Below, in pieces: positions 8,831 to 17,018 of a stretch of DNA of 33,704 bases; within the stretch, counting starts at the first letter, position 1, and each line of letters opens with the position of its first letter. The notes beneath the pieces are model-generated. The model saw nothing but the letters and a program-made list of their open reading frames with translations. It was not told where the DNA came from and did not search any database. A program made the position numbers and the translations under genes. This DNA comes from a virus: IMG/VR virus record IMGVR_UViG_3300045988_105900; one strand, written 5' to 3'.

Positions 8831-9070
8831 TTATGCTATGTATTGGAGATGGTCGGCAGACATTCGAAGCTTCGTTATCATGCCAAGCCCGACCGTCTCC
8901 TCTTCAAAAGGTACGGACTTGAACCGCCCGGCACAGTCGTTAAACAATGCATGGGCATACCCACTGGGCGACCGTGGGGTTGAGGCGCACACAGCCGGAA
9001 ACAATCGTGGTAGAGGCCAAGTCGGGGCCGCAATGCAGAAGGCCGACACCATCAACCACGAAAGGCAGTC

Positions 9071-10114
9071 ATGTCCCTAGCGACAATCGAACTGAAGCCC
9101 GGCTTCGTAGACCGCAAGCTGATTTCCGAACAGCCCGCAGCCGGAGCCATCGCAAAGATTTCCAACAGCACCCCAATCGACCTCATCGGCACTCAGATGC
9201 AGACCATCGACTTCTCCGGCGAAATGGGCATCTTCGGCGAAGGAGCCACCGGCGAAACCGAAGCCGAAAAGAAGAAGTCTTCCAACGACGCCACCAACGG
9301 AGTCGTGACCATCAACCCAATCACCTTCTACATCTCCTACCGTTTCCCGAAGAAGTTCCTCCAACTGTTCGGCGTTGACGGCGCATACAATCCGACCGAC
9401 GCCACCTTCCGCGCCGGCTCCCCGCAGACCATGCTCCAAAGCATCCTCGCACAGCCGTATCAGGCTGGTATTCTCGACCAGTACCGCACGTACGTGAACC
9501 GTGCAATCAGCCGCGCACTCGACTTCGCCCCAATCTTCGGCATCAACCCGGCCACCAAGGCCGCTTCCACCGTCGCACGCACCAACGGATACGTGCTCGA
9601 ACATGCCGGCGACATCAACTACACTCCGGGCACCGGAGTGGAAGCAGCCACCGCGTTCAAGCAGGCCGTGCGACAGGTCGCCGCACAGGGCGACGCTTCA
9701 GCGCAGGGCGTCACCACCTCCGCCTACTTGGCCTCCATCGGCGACGGCCTCACCACCATCGGTACGCCAACCCAGTATGCGTCCGACGTTCCGCTCATTG
9801 GCAACATGGTCAACCTCGGCGGCGTCACCCTCGCAGCCTCTAACACCGTGTCCGACACCGCCGCGGCCACCGGCTCCGGCCAGCTGGAGAACAAGGTGCT
9901 CGATGCGGTCATCGGCGACTTCGCCAACCGTTTCGTCTGGGGCGCAATCCCACTGTCCGGCATCGAAGTGTTCGACTCCGGCAATCCGGACAATTCCACC
10001 GAAGGCGACTTGGGCGCTGTCAACAAGGTGATGCTCCGCACCGAAGTCGCAATCGGCTGGGGCTTCATCGGCGGAACCAGCAAGTTCTACGCCATCACCC
10101 ACGCCACCGAGTGA
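9071..10114 (+). CDS. Major capsid protein (HK97 fold)
   Basis: 347 aa with a strong codon pattern. The C-terminal DLGAVNKVMLRTEVAIGWGF resembles the HK97-family 'dl...n.v.lraE' block. Position is directly before the tail genes. Confidence 0.8.
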   Translation: MSLATIELKPGFVDRKLISEQPAAGAIAKISNSTPIDLIGTQMQTIDFSGEMGIFGEGATGETEAEKKKSSNDATNGVVTINPITFYISYRFPKKFLQLFGVDGAYNPTDATFRAGSPQTMLQSILAQPYQAGILDQYRTYVNRAISRALDFAPIFGINPATKAASTVARTNGYVLEHAGDINYTPGTGVEAATAFKQAVRQVAAQGDASAQGVTTSAYLASIGDGLTTIGTPTQYASDVPLIGNMVNLGGVTLAASNTVSDTAAATGSGQLENKVLDAVIGDFANRFVWGAIPLSGIEVFDSGNPDNSTEGDLGAVNKVMLRTEVAIGWGFIGGTSKFYAITHATE

Positions 10115-10130
10115 CCTCACCCGCATATGA

Positions 10131-10154
10131 GGGAGGCGACAATGCCGCCCTCCC
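10131..10154 (+). terminator. Imperfect hairpin between the capsid and tail-tube genes (possible attenuator)
   Basis: gggaggcg / cgcc(c)tccc stem with one bulge. No T tract. Confidence 0.3.
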
Positions 10155-10189
10155 CACCGATAGAACGTTAAACTACGAAAGGAAATGAG

Positions 10190-10789
10190 ATGGGCGCAAA
10201 GCAGTCTTCCGCAAACGTGACATTCTCGAAGCCGGGTACCAGTGCCAACAAGTCCGGCTATATTTGGGTCGCCCCATTGGGCACCGCCGTCCCCACCGAC
10301 GCCACCGCCGAACTGGATGCGGCGTTCGTCGGCCTCGGCTACCTGTCCGAAGACGGCCTGACTGAACCGGCATCCCTCACCGCAGGCGATGACATCGTTG
10401 CCGCGGGCGGCGATACCGTCGCACAGGCCGACCCGACGTTCTCCAAGACGTGGACCGGCACGTGCATCGAAGCGTTGAACGAAGACCTCCTCAAGGTCTC
10501 CTACGGTTCCGCCAACGTGACCGTCACCGACGCCACCGAGAGCAAGGATGGCGTTATCACCGTCAAGGAGCAGGCCGGAGACCTTGAACATCATGTCATC
10601 GTCATCGACGAAATGCTGAAGGGTGGCCGAAAGCGTCGCAACGTGATGCCTGACGCGACGTTCCTCATCACCGGCGATATCAGCCACGTGCATACCGCTC
10701 TGGTGAACTTCGAGTTCACCATCAACGCTTATCCGACCGCCGACAAGCCCGCACAGACCCAGTACATCACCATCCCAAAAAAAGCGTAG
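10190..10789 (+). CDS. Major tail (tube) protein
   Basis: GAAAGGAAA RBS. GYIWVAPLGTAVPTDATAELDAAFVGLGYLSEDGL matches the siphovirus major-tail pattern. The gene ends ...CCC AAA AAA GCG TAG. Confidence 0.8.
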   Translation: MGAKQSSANVTFSKPGTSANKSGYIWVAPLGTAVPTDATAELDAAFVGLGYLSEDGLTEPASLTAGDDIVAAGGDTVAQADPTFSKTWTGTCIEALNEDLLKVSYGSANVTVTDATESKDGVITVKEQAGDLEHHVIVIDEMLKGGRKRRNVMPDATFLITGDISHVHTALVNFEFTINAYPTADKPAQTQYITIPKKA

Positions 10790-10822
10790 ACTCTCCAAAT
10801 CCGAGCCTTACGGTCACCGTCC

Positions 10823-11485
10823 GTGACACGACCGTACCGTCAGGCGGGCATCATGTGGCTCATCGGCGACTGGGGTCAGAAAGACCCTTGGACCAGAGCT
10901 TCTGGCGTGCAGATGGTTAGGGGTGAGGATGGCTTGTACACCGGCGTCCTCACCCTGCCGAAAGGCACAAAGTTCGACCTGAAGATTCTGAAGAATCCTA
11001 CGGCTGGTCAGCTAATCTGGAGCGCGACACGGTATACTAGCGTTCTGAACTCGGATGGTGTCTACGATTTTGGAGAGTTTACCGACAATCTTGTTCCGAA
11101 CGGCAACTTCGAAGAAGGTGACGTGAAATGGACTCCAACGGGTCTTATCTGCAAGAACAGTGCTGCGCACGGTGGGCAGAACGTGCTGGTATTATCAAAT
11201 GATGGTAGCAGCGCGTCTTCTGACACGTTCGTTATTCCACCGAATCAAGTTTTCGCATGCTCATTCTACTTCCTCTCTTGGGTTAACCCGAGAGGTTCGC
11301 GCATCATAGTGAAGAACGTCGATACGCAATCCGTCCTGTTTGAATACTCGAACATGGGTGAAGTCACTAGGCGTTGGGTATCGTTTTCCGGAAAGTTCAA
11401 GTCAGGAAACTCACCAGTAAGGGCACAGGTTATTTGCGAGGCGAAAAATGGTCAATTCGATGACCTTTCGCTTGTCTCACCGTGA
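10823..11485 (+). CDS. Dual carbohydrate-binding-module protein (CBM48/CBM20-like N-terminal half, CBM4_9-like C-terminal half)
   Basis: IMWLIGDWGQKDPW...VQMVRGEDGLYTGVLTLPKGTKFDLKILK matches the 'V.L.GDFN.W...M...G.W...LP.G..Y.Y' pattern. NLVPNGNFEEGDVKWTP matches the CBM4_9 opening. Start is GTG 10823 or ATG 10853, and neither has an RBS. It is in the same frame as the tail-tube gene. GC is about 50% in sampled 60-mers versus about 67% in the neighbour. Confidence 0.7.
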   Translation: MTRPYRQAGIMWLIGDWGQKDPWTRASGVQMVRGEDGLYTGVLTLPKGTKFDLKILKNPTAGQLIWSATRYTSVLNSDGVYDFGEFTDNLVPNGNFEEGDVKWTPTGLICKNSAAHGGQNVLVLSNDGSSASSDTFVIPPNQVFACSFYFLSWVNPRGSRIIVKNVDTQSVLFEYSNMGEVTRRWVSFSGKFKSGNSPVRAQVICEAKNGQFDDLSLVSP

Positions 11486-11501
11486 CAATCTCATAGGAAC
11501 C

Positions 11502-11544
11502 ATACCCCACATGCCAGTTTCATCTTGACCGGCATGTGGGGTAT
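11502..11544 (+). terminator. 14-bp perfect hairpin after the CBM gene
   Basis: ataccccacatgcc (11502-11515) pairs with ggcatgtggggtat (11531-11544) across a 15-nt loop. No U tract. Confidence 0.5.
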
Positions 11545-11584
11545 CCTTATAAATGAACACAATACAGTTCGAAAGGAAAGACCA

Positions 11585-11869
11585 ATGGCAAAACGCAAGC
11601 CAACCATCACCATCGAAGACTTCAACGACAATTGGGGAGACGCCTACGCGAAACTCCTCCGCAACCGCAAATTCCAACAGGCCATCCACTCCGAAAAAGT
11701 CGAAGACGGCGTGGAAACCATCTGGCTCGTAGACAAGCTCATGCGCGGCGTGCTGAAGGAAAACAAGTACGAAGCGGTCATGAACGCATTCGACGATGAT
11801 GTGCTCGACGCATGGGAATACCTCTCGGGAAAATTGCCAGCGCTTTTGGATTCACAGTCGAAAGACTGA
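11585..11869 (+). CDS. Tail assembly chaperone (G-like)
   Basis: AAGGAAAG RBS before ATG 11585 (the track ORF starts at 11525). Position is immediately upstream of the tape measure gene, and the ORF contains the slip site. Confidence 0.75.
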   Translation: MAKRKPTITIEDFNDNWGDAYAKLLRNRKFQQAIHSEKVEDGVETIWLVDKLMRGVLKENKYEAVMNAFDDDVLDAWEYLSGKLPALLDSQSKD

Positions 11870-12171
11870 CCTACGCGATAAACCCCGACCAGTGGGACGG
11901 CCAAATCTTGGCCGACTTCGCAAGCCAATACGGCAGTCCCAGAAACTACACTCTCATAGAGAGAGCCAAACTCATAGGCACGTTCGGAGCGACGGCACGA
12001 CTCTTGGACATCATCCAACAGTCAATACTAGCCCCATACAGCGGCAAGGGCAGGAAGCCAAAAAGCGTACTCCCCGCCAATCAGAAGAACACCAAAACGG
12101 AGGATTATGAACTCGATTCGATGAACACCGAAGACATCGACAAGGCGTTGGGTCTTCACCGAAAGGAATAG
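11812..12171 (+). CDS. T-like extension of the tail assembly chaperone (expressed as a 11585..11833/11833..12171 fusion)
   Basis: The -1 frame overlaps the 3' end of the G-like ORF and ends 4 nt before the tape measure start. Confidence 0.7.
   Translation: MGIPLGKIASAFGFTVERLTYAINPDQWDGQILADFASQYGSPRNYTLIERAKLIGTFGATARLLDIIQQSILAPYSGKGRKPKSVLPANQKNTKTEDYELDSMNTEDIDKALGLHRKE
11827..11833 (+). promoter_or_regulatory. -1 programmed frameshift heptamer G GGA AAA
   Basis: Zero-frame codons are tcG GGA AAA. The -1 frame continues GKIASAFGFTVERL..., which is ORF 11812..12171. This is the same type as the lambda G/GT site GGGAAAG. Confidence 0.8.
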
Positions 12172-12174
12172 CAG

Positions 12175-15100
12175 ATGGCAAAGGGCAGCATCGCAACCGC
12201 ATGGATACAGGTACTCCCATCATTGGAAGGCCTGCAATCCGCATTGGTAAAAGCCAGCAAGGGCGCGGTGCTCACCCCCACCGTCCAACCGAAAATATCA
12301 GGGTCGGCAAGCCGCATGTTCAAAAACAGCGGCACCGGCCTGTCATCCATCTTCTCCGGCTCGTTCGCCAAAAACCTCAACCTGCAAGACGGCGTGAAAG
12401 GTGCGCTCAGCGGCGTGCTCGCATCCTTCACCACAGGCGGACAGCGTTCCGCCAACGCCTTCGGCAACAGTTTCAGCAACCTCAACATCGGCAAATACCT
12501 GAACACGGCGGCAGTTGTCGCCGGAGTCGTATCAGTCTCCCACGCCGTCAAGAACGTGACCTCCAACGTCATCGAGCTCGGCAACCAGTGGGGTCAGACC
12601 ACCGCCATGCTGAAGAACGCGGTAGGCACCACCGGAGACTATAAAAGCTCGCTCGAAACATCACTGGAGTATGCGAACAAGGTTGGAGTCGCCACGGACG
12701 ATTTCGTCCAATCCGCCTCACGCCTGCGCACGCTCGCGCCTGAAGTCGTAACCAACTACAGTGATGCGGCGAAATTCACCAAACTGCTCGACATGAACAT
12801 GGTCAGCACCGGCGCATCCACTCAGGAAGCGTCCAGCGCCATGCGTCAGATTACCCAAGCATTGGGCAAGGGCATCGTGAACGGCGACGAACTGAACTCC
12901 ATCATGGAGAACTCGCCGCAAATCGCGCGAATGCTCGCCAAGCATCTCAACGTTTCCGTAGGCGAACTGAAACAGTTGGGCAAGGAAGGCGAAATCAGCG
13001 GCCAAGCCCTCTACGATACGGTGCTTGAAAACGCGGACGCCATCGAAAAGCAGTTCGCCGCCATGCCCGTCACGGCAGACCGCGCATGGAACAGCATCAA
13101 GAACACGATTGGCGAAAGGTCCGCGGAAGCGGCGACCTCGGTATCGGCCAACATCGGTAAGACATTGAAAGCCATCTCCGATTCGGGCATGGTGGATACG
13201 TTCGGCGAAATGCTCGCAGGATTCGTACCATTGACGAACGCAGCTTCCACACTGGCTGTAACGTTCATCAATCAGCTGGCTCCAGCCGTCAACAAGGCGT
13301 TCAACGCGCAGCAGGTCGAACAGTTCCTCGCCCCGTTGACGAACCTTATCAGCGCGAACTCGCAGAACATCAACCTCCTAACCTCATTGGGTGACATTCT
13401 GAACACGGTAGGCGTCATCGGAACCACCGTATTCTCCCTCATGGTCGCCACGAACGACCGGTTCGCCTCGCGCATCCCGTTCATCGGTACCGCACTGGTT
13501 GGCGTGAAGAACACGCTCATCAAACTCGGCTCCAGCTTCACCAGCGCGTTCGGCGCAGCGGTGTCCGCATCGTCCACGGCAATCGACAAGCTCGCCTCCA
13601 TGGCCGACGCGATGTCGAAAACATTGGCGGAATCGACGAAAGTGCAGAACGCGCTCGGCAGATTCAACGTAGCGTTCGAAGACTTGGGTTCATGCGCGTT
13701 CAGCTTCGGACAGAAAGGCGCGGAAGGCTTCGGCATCGTCGAGCAGGCCGCAGTGAACCTGTGGAACGGCGTCGGACAGGTATCCGACAACGTGAAGCTT
13801 CTCCAAAACGGTTTGAACATGATGGGTTCAGACGTGGACGCGCTTCCCGAAGCGTTTACCACCGCGTTCGAAACCCTCAGCACCGAAGTGGACGTCGCCG
13901 CACGGAAGAAGGCTCCAGCCCTCATTCAGGCGTTCAATGACATTCGTGCAGCCGTTGACACCATCGTAGTGGATTCGGACATCTACCGTACGTTGGACAC
14001 TGCCGGACAGAGCGCCGACATCTACCGTGACAAGCTCGTGCAGGTGGGCCGCGAATTCAAGGAGCTTACCGGCTTCGACATTCCGAACGTGTTCCTCCCA
14101 TTGGTCGGTTCTGCGGTGTCCGCGTCCGACAGCATCATGCAGACGTTCGGCAACCTGAAGGCCGGACTGTCCAACTATGCCGAAAACACGGCGCAGCAGT
14201 GGGCTCCGGTCAAGGAGATTTTCACCGAAATCTTCTCCAGCGCGTCCGCCGCAGCCAAGACGAAGATGGAAGTTCTTCGAGCCGACGTGGAATCCGGCGT
14301 GCTCACCATGGTTGAGAACGTGAAAGGCAAGGCGGCTGAATTCAAGACTGTGTTCAGTGAAATGCTGGACTCGACCGGTATCAGCAACACCATGTCCAAA
14401 CTCGGGTCTGCGGTAAGCAGCGGACTCTCCTCCGTCAAGGGCGGACTCAAATCGTTCGGTTCTGAAGCGGCATCCACATTGTCCATTCCGTTCCGTGGAA
14501 TTCCGGAAAAGATTTTCGGCTCGTTCAAAGGACAGAATCCGTTCACGCCGTTGACATCCGCGGCGAAGACGGTCGGTGCCGGACTTTCCGCCACGTTGGG
14601 CGGTGCGGTAACACGTCTCGTCGGACGGTTCGCACCACTGGCGTCCGCTGGAAAGGTGGCCTTCTCCGCCATTGGCTCCGCAGCGTTGAAAGTGTCTTCC
14701 GGCGCGTTGAAAGGTTTCGGCGCAGCCGTGAATGGAGTCGGCGCGGCAATCGGCAAGATTGGCGGCATCGCATCATCCTTGGGTGTGACTGGCGCATTGT
14801 TCACCGGCCTGACCACCGGATTCCAGACATTGTTCAAGCTTGACCCGAGTCAGATGGCCGGAAAGTTCGAGGAATGGCAGTCGAGTCTCGACAATGCGAT
14901 GGAAGGCGTGCAGACGAAACTGCCGGCAATGGCGAGCGCGTTCGCCGCAGCCTTGCCACAGATGGTTTCCAGCGTCACCGTCGCACTGCCGGGCATCGCC
15001 AACGCTTTCGTAAGCGTAGGACAGACGCTCGGGCCGGCGTTGATGACGATTCTGCCGCAAATCACGCAGGCGTTCTCCACCATGTTCGCCCAGCTGCCCG

Positions 15101-16188
15101 GCTTCATCGGCACGTACGGTCAGCCGATGCTGGAAACATTCGCCACACTGTTCGCAACGATGGCGGGCCAGATTCCGTCGCTCATGACGTCGCTCGGTCA
15201 AGCGCTGGTAACAGGCATTCAGGTCGCGTTCTCCGCAATCGGAGACAATAGCGGAGCAATCGCCGGATTTATCAGCGGCTTCGGAGCATCCTTGGCTTCC
15301 GGCATCCAAACATTGGGGTCCACCGTGGTGGCCGCATTGCCGTCCATCGGCCAGAGCATCGCCACCGCATTGCCGACGCTGATTCCGGCATTGATGTCCG
15401 CCATCACCAGTGTGGTAACCTCACTGGCCGCAGCTCTGCCGGGCATCGCCGTCGCCATCATCAACCAGCTGCCGGCAATCATCGGCGGATTGGTGACCGG
15501 AATCGTCAACAGTCTTCCGACGCTGTTGAGCGCCTTCGTCAGCGTGGTGACCAGCATCGCCGCGAACTTCCCAAGCATTTTCATGGCCGTCGTACGCATG
15601 ATTCCGTCGATTATCTCGAACATCGCCCGACCGTTCTCCGGATTGGGCGGTCAGATTCTCGGCTTCATCGGGAGCATTCCGAGCCAAATCATGGGATTGT
15701 TCGCCGGTGCCGGCTCGTGGCTGGTCAATTCCGGCGCGGCGTTGATGGACGGTTTCAAACAGGGTATTCTCAATGCGGTCGAAAACGTGAAGAGCGCGGT
15801 GAAGGGCGCGTTGCAGAAGGTTCGAGACTTCTTCCCGTTCTCTCCCGCTAAGGTAGGCCCGTTCTCCGGTTCAGGCTATACGTCCGTGTCTGGCGAGCAT
15901 CTTATGCGCGATTTCGGCAAGGCCATCGGCGCTCAAGGCGCGTTCGTGCGCGGTCAGGTCGATGACGTGCTGAGTTCGCTGGATTTCAATCAAATCAGCC
16001 CAGCCGACTTTGGCGTGGTGTCGAAGCCGCGGCTTACCGACTATACTGGTAAGGTAGCGGCGGCACAGTCCACAGGCGGCGTCCACATCGACAATGTGGT
16101 CGCAAGCCCGTTGAGCGACGTGGAGCTGGTGGCACGCCGATTCGGATACGCATTGAACAATGAGATGATTGGAAGTGTCAGACCTTGA
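12175..16188 (+). CDS. Tape measure protein
   Basis: 1337 aa. Ala/Gly/Ser-rich helical repeats and a hydrophobic C-terminal third. Canonical position. Confidence 0.95.
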   Translation: MAKGSIATAWIQVLPSLEGLQSALVKASKGAVLTPTVQPKISGSASRMFKNSGTGLSSIFSGSFAKNLNLQDGVKGALSGVLASFTTGGQRSANAFGNSFSNLNIGKYLNTAAVVAGVVSVSHAVKNVTSNVIELGNQWGQTTAMLKNAVGTTGDYKSSLETSLEYANKVGVATDDFVQSASRLRTLAPEVVTNYSDAAKFTKLLDMNMVSTGASTQEASSAMRQITQALGKGIVNGDELNSIMENSPQIARMLAKHLNVSVGELKQLGKEGEISGQALYDTVLENADAIEKQFAAMPVTADRAWNSIKNTIGERSAEAATSVSANIGKTLKAISDSGMVDTFGEMLAGFVPLTNAASTLAVTFINQLAPAVNKAFNAQQVEQFLAPLTNLISANSQNINLLTSLGDILNTVGVIGTTVFSLMVATNDRFASRIPFIGTALVGVKNTLIKLGSSFTSAFGAAVSASSTAIDKLASMADAMSKTLAESTKVQNALGRFNVAFEDLGSCAFSFGQKGAEGFGIVEQAAVNLWNGVGQVSDNVKLLQNGLNMMGSDVDALPEAFTTAFETLSTEVDVAARKKAPALIQAFNDIRAAVDTIVVDSDIYRTLDTAGQSADIYRDKLVQVGREFKELTGFDIPNVFLPLVGSAVSASDSIMQTFGNLKAGLSNYAENTAQQWAPVKEIFTEIFSSASAAAKTKMEVLRADVESGVLTMVENVKGKAAEFKTVFSEMLDSTGISNTMSKLGSAVSSGLSSVKGGLKSFGSEAASTLSIPFRGIPEKIFGSFKGQNPFTPLTSAAKTVGAGLSATLGGAVTRLVGRFAPLASAGKVAFSAIGSAALKVSSGALKGFGAAVNGVGAAIGKIGGIASSLGVTGALFTGLTTGFQTLFKLDPSQMAGKFEEWQSSLDNAMEGVQTKLPAMASAFAAALPQMVSSVTVALPGIANAFVSVGQTLGPALMTILPQITQAFSTMFAQLPGFIGTYGQPMLETFATLFATMAGQIPSLMTSLGQALVTGIQVAFSAIGDNSGAIAGFISGFGASLASGIQTLGSTVVAALPSIGQSIATALPTLIPALMSAITSVVTSLAAALPGIAVAIINQLPAIIGGLVTGIVNSLPTLLSAFVSVVTSIAANFPSIFMAVVRMIPSIISNIARPFSGLGGQILGFIGSIPSQIMGLFAGAGSWLVNSGAALMDGFKQGILNAVENVKSAVKGALQKVRDFFPFSPAKVGPFSGSGYTSVSGEHLMRDFGKAIGAQGAFVRGQVDDVLSSLDFNQISPADFGVVSKPRLTDYTGKVAAAQSTGGVHIDNVVASPLSDVELVARRFGYALNNEMIGSVRP

Positions 16189-17018
16189 GCACGATAACCG
16201 TCACCGTTGGTGACATCACGCTTTACGGCGATGCCGGACACGAGTTCACATTGGTGTCCATGAGCGGTTTCGACGATTTGCCGTCAGCCAAGACCGAACA
16301 GGACGCTTGGGCTAGGGCTGACGGCAACGCCGTTCCCGGCACCACATACTATGACGGGCGCACCATCACCGTCAACGGATACTATGCGACCAGCACGGTC
16401 GAAGACACCGACGAGATGATGCGCCGTCTCCGCGGCATGGCCGGACGTCTGGTTCCCGTCACCGTGCAGAAAGGCGCGGGCGAAGCGTTATCATGCGATG
16501 CGGAACTCAGGTCGATGACCGTGGACGAATACCGGTATCGCGGCAAGGCCGGCTTCCAGATTGGACTGCTCGCACCATCCCCCTACCTGTATGGGCCGTT
16601 GTGCTCGCAGACGGTCGGCGTGCCGACGGACGGCGAAGGCATCCTCGGCCCTCTGACCGACCCGCTGACTGAAGGCGAGGTCGGCAATCCGGGACGTGTC
16701 GCCATCACCGGAAGCAGTTTCGCGCCGACGCATCTTGTCGTGAAAATCAGAGGCGGACTATCCGAAGGCGTGCGCATCCACTGCGTCGAAACCGGCGAAG
16801 CAATCGAATTCCACCGTCAAATCAATCCAGACGAGACGATGGTGTTCGATTTCGACGATGAACGAGTCCTGTTTCAGAACCAGTCGGATTTGAGCATGTT
16901 TCTCACCGAGGAGAATTGGTTCCGTCCCTACGGTGACGCGACGATACAGTTCACCCCATTGGGCGTGCAGTCGGGCGAGCCGACGATGACGGTCGAATGG
17001 AAGGAGGCTTGGCGGTGA
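16185..17018 (+). CDS. Distal tail protein (Dit)
   Basis: TTGA coupling to the tape measure gene, 277 aa, and an N-terminal ITVTVGDITLYGD...FTLVSMSGFDDLP pattern typical of siphovirus tail family proteins. Confidence 0.7.
   Translation: MSTITVTVGDITLYGDAGHEFTLVSMSGFDDLPSAKTEQDAWARADGNAVPGTTYYDGRTITVNGYYATSTVEDTDEMMRRLRGMAGRLVPVTVQKGAGEALSCDAELRSMTVDEYRYRGKAGFQIGLLAPSPYLYGPLCSQTVGVPTDGEGILGPLTDPLTEGEVGNPGRVAITGSSFAPTHLVVKIRGGLSEGVRIHCVETGEAIEFHRQINPDETMVFDFDDERVLFQNQSDLSMFLTEENWFRPYGDATIQFTPLGVQSGEPTMTVEWKEAWR

Noticed and set aside
8900-8935. tRNA-like T-arm (GGTTCAAGTCC on the minus strand at about 8908-8925)
   Set aside because: The flanking bases give only 3-4 T-stem pairs. I could not build acceptor, D or anticodon arms from the surrounding sequence.
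10787-10789. Genome-wide TAG reassignment (alternative genetic code) as the explanation for the in-frame TAG
   Set aside because: TAG is also the terminal codon of at least three other well-delimited genes, ending at 18956, 19905 and 22584(-). No other gene appears to be interrupted by in-frame TAG codons, and the 1337-aa tape measure ORF is intact.
10776-10789. -1 or +1 frameshift on the A7 run (CCC AAA AAA G) as the route into the CBM ORF
   Set aside because: The CBM ORF is in the zero frame relative to the tube gene. By my reading, both shifted frames hit stops before or without entering it: the -1 frame ends at a TAG after about 36 extra codons, and the +1 frame ends at a TGA after about 12.
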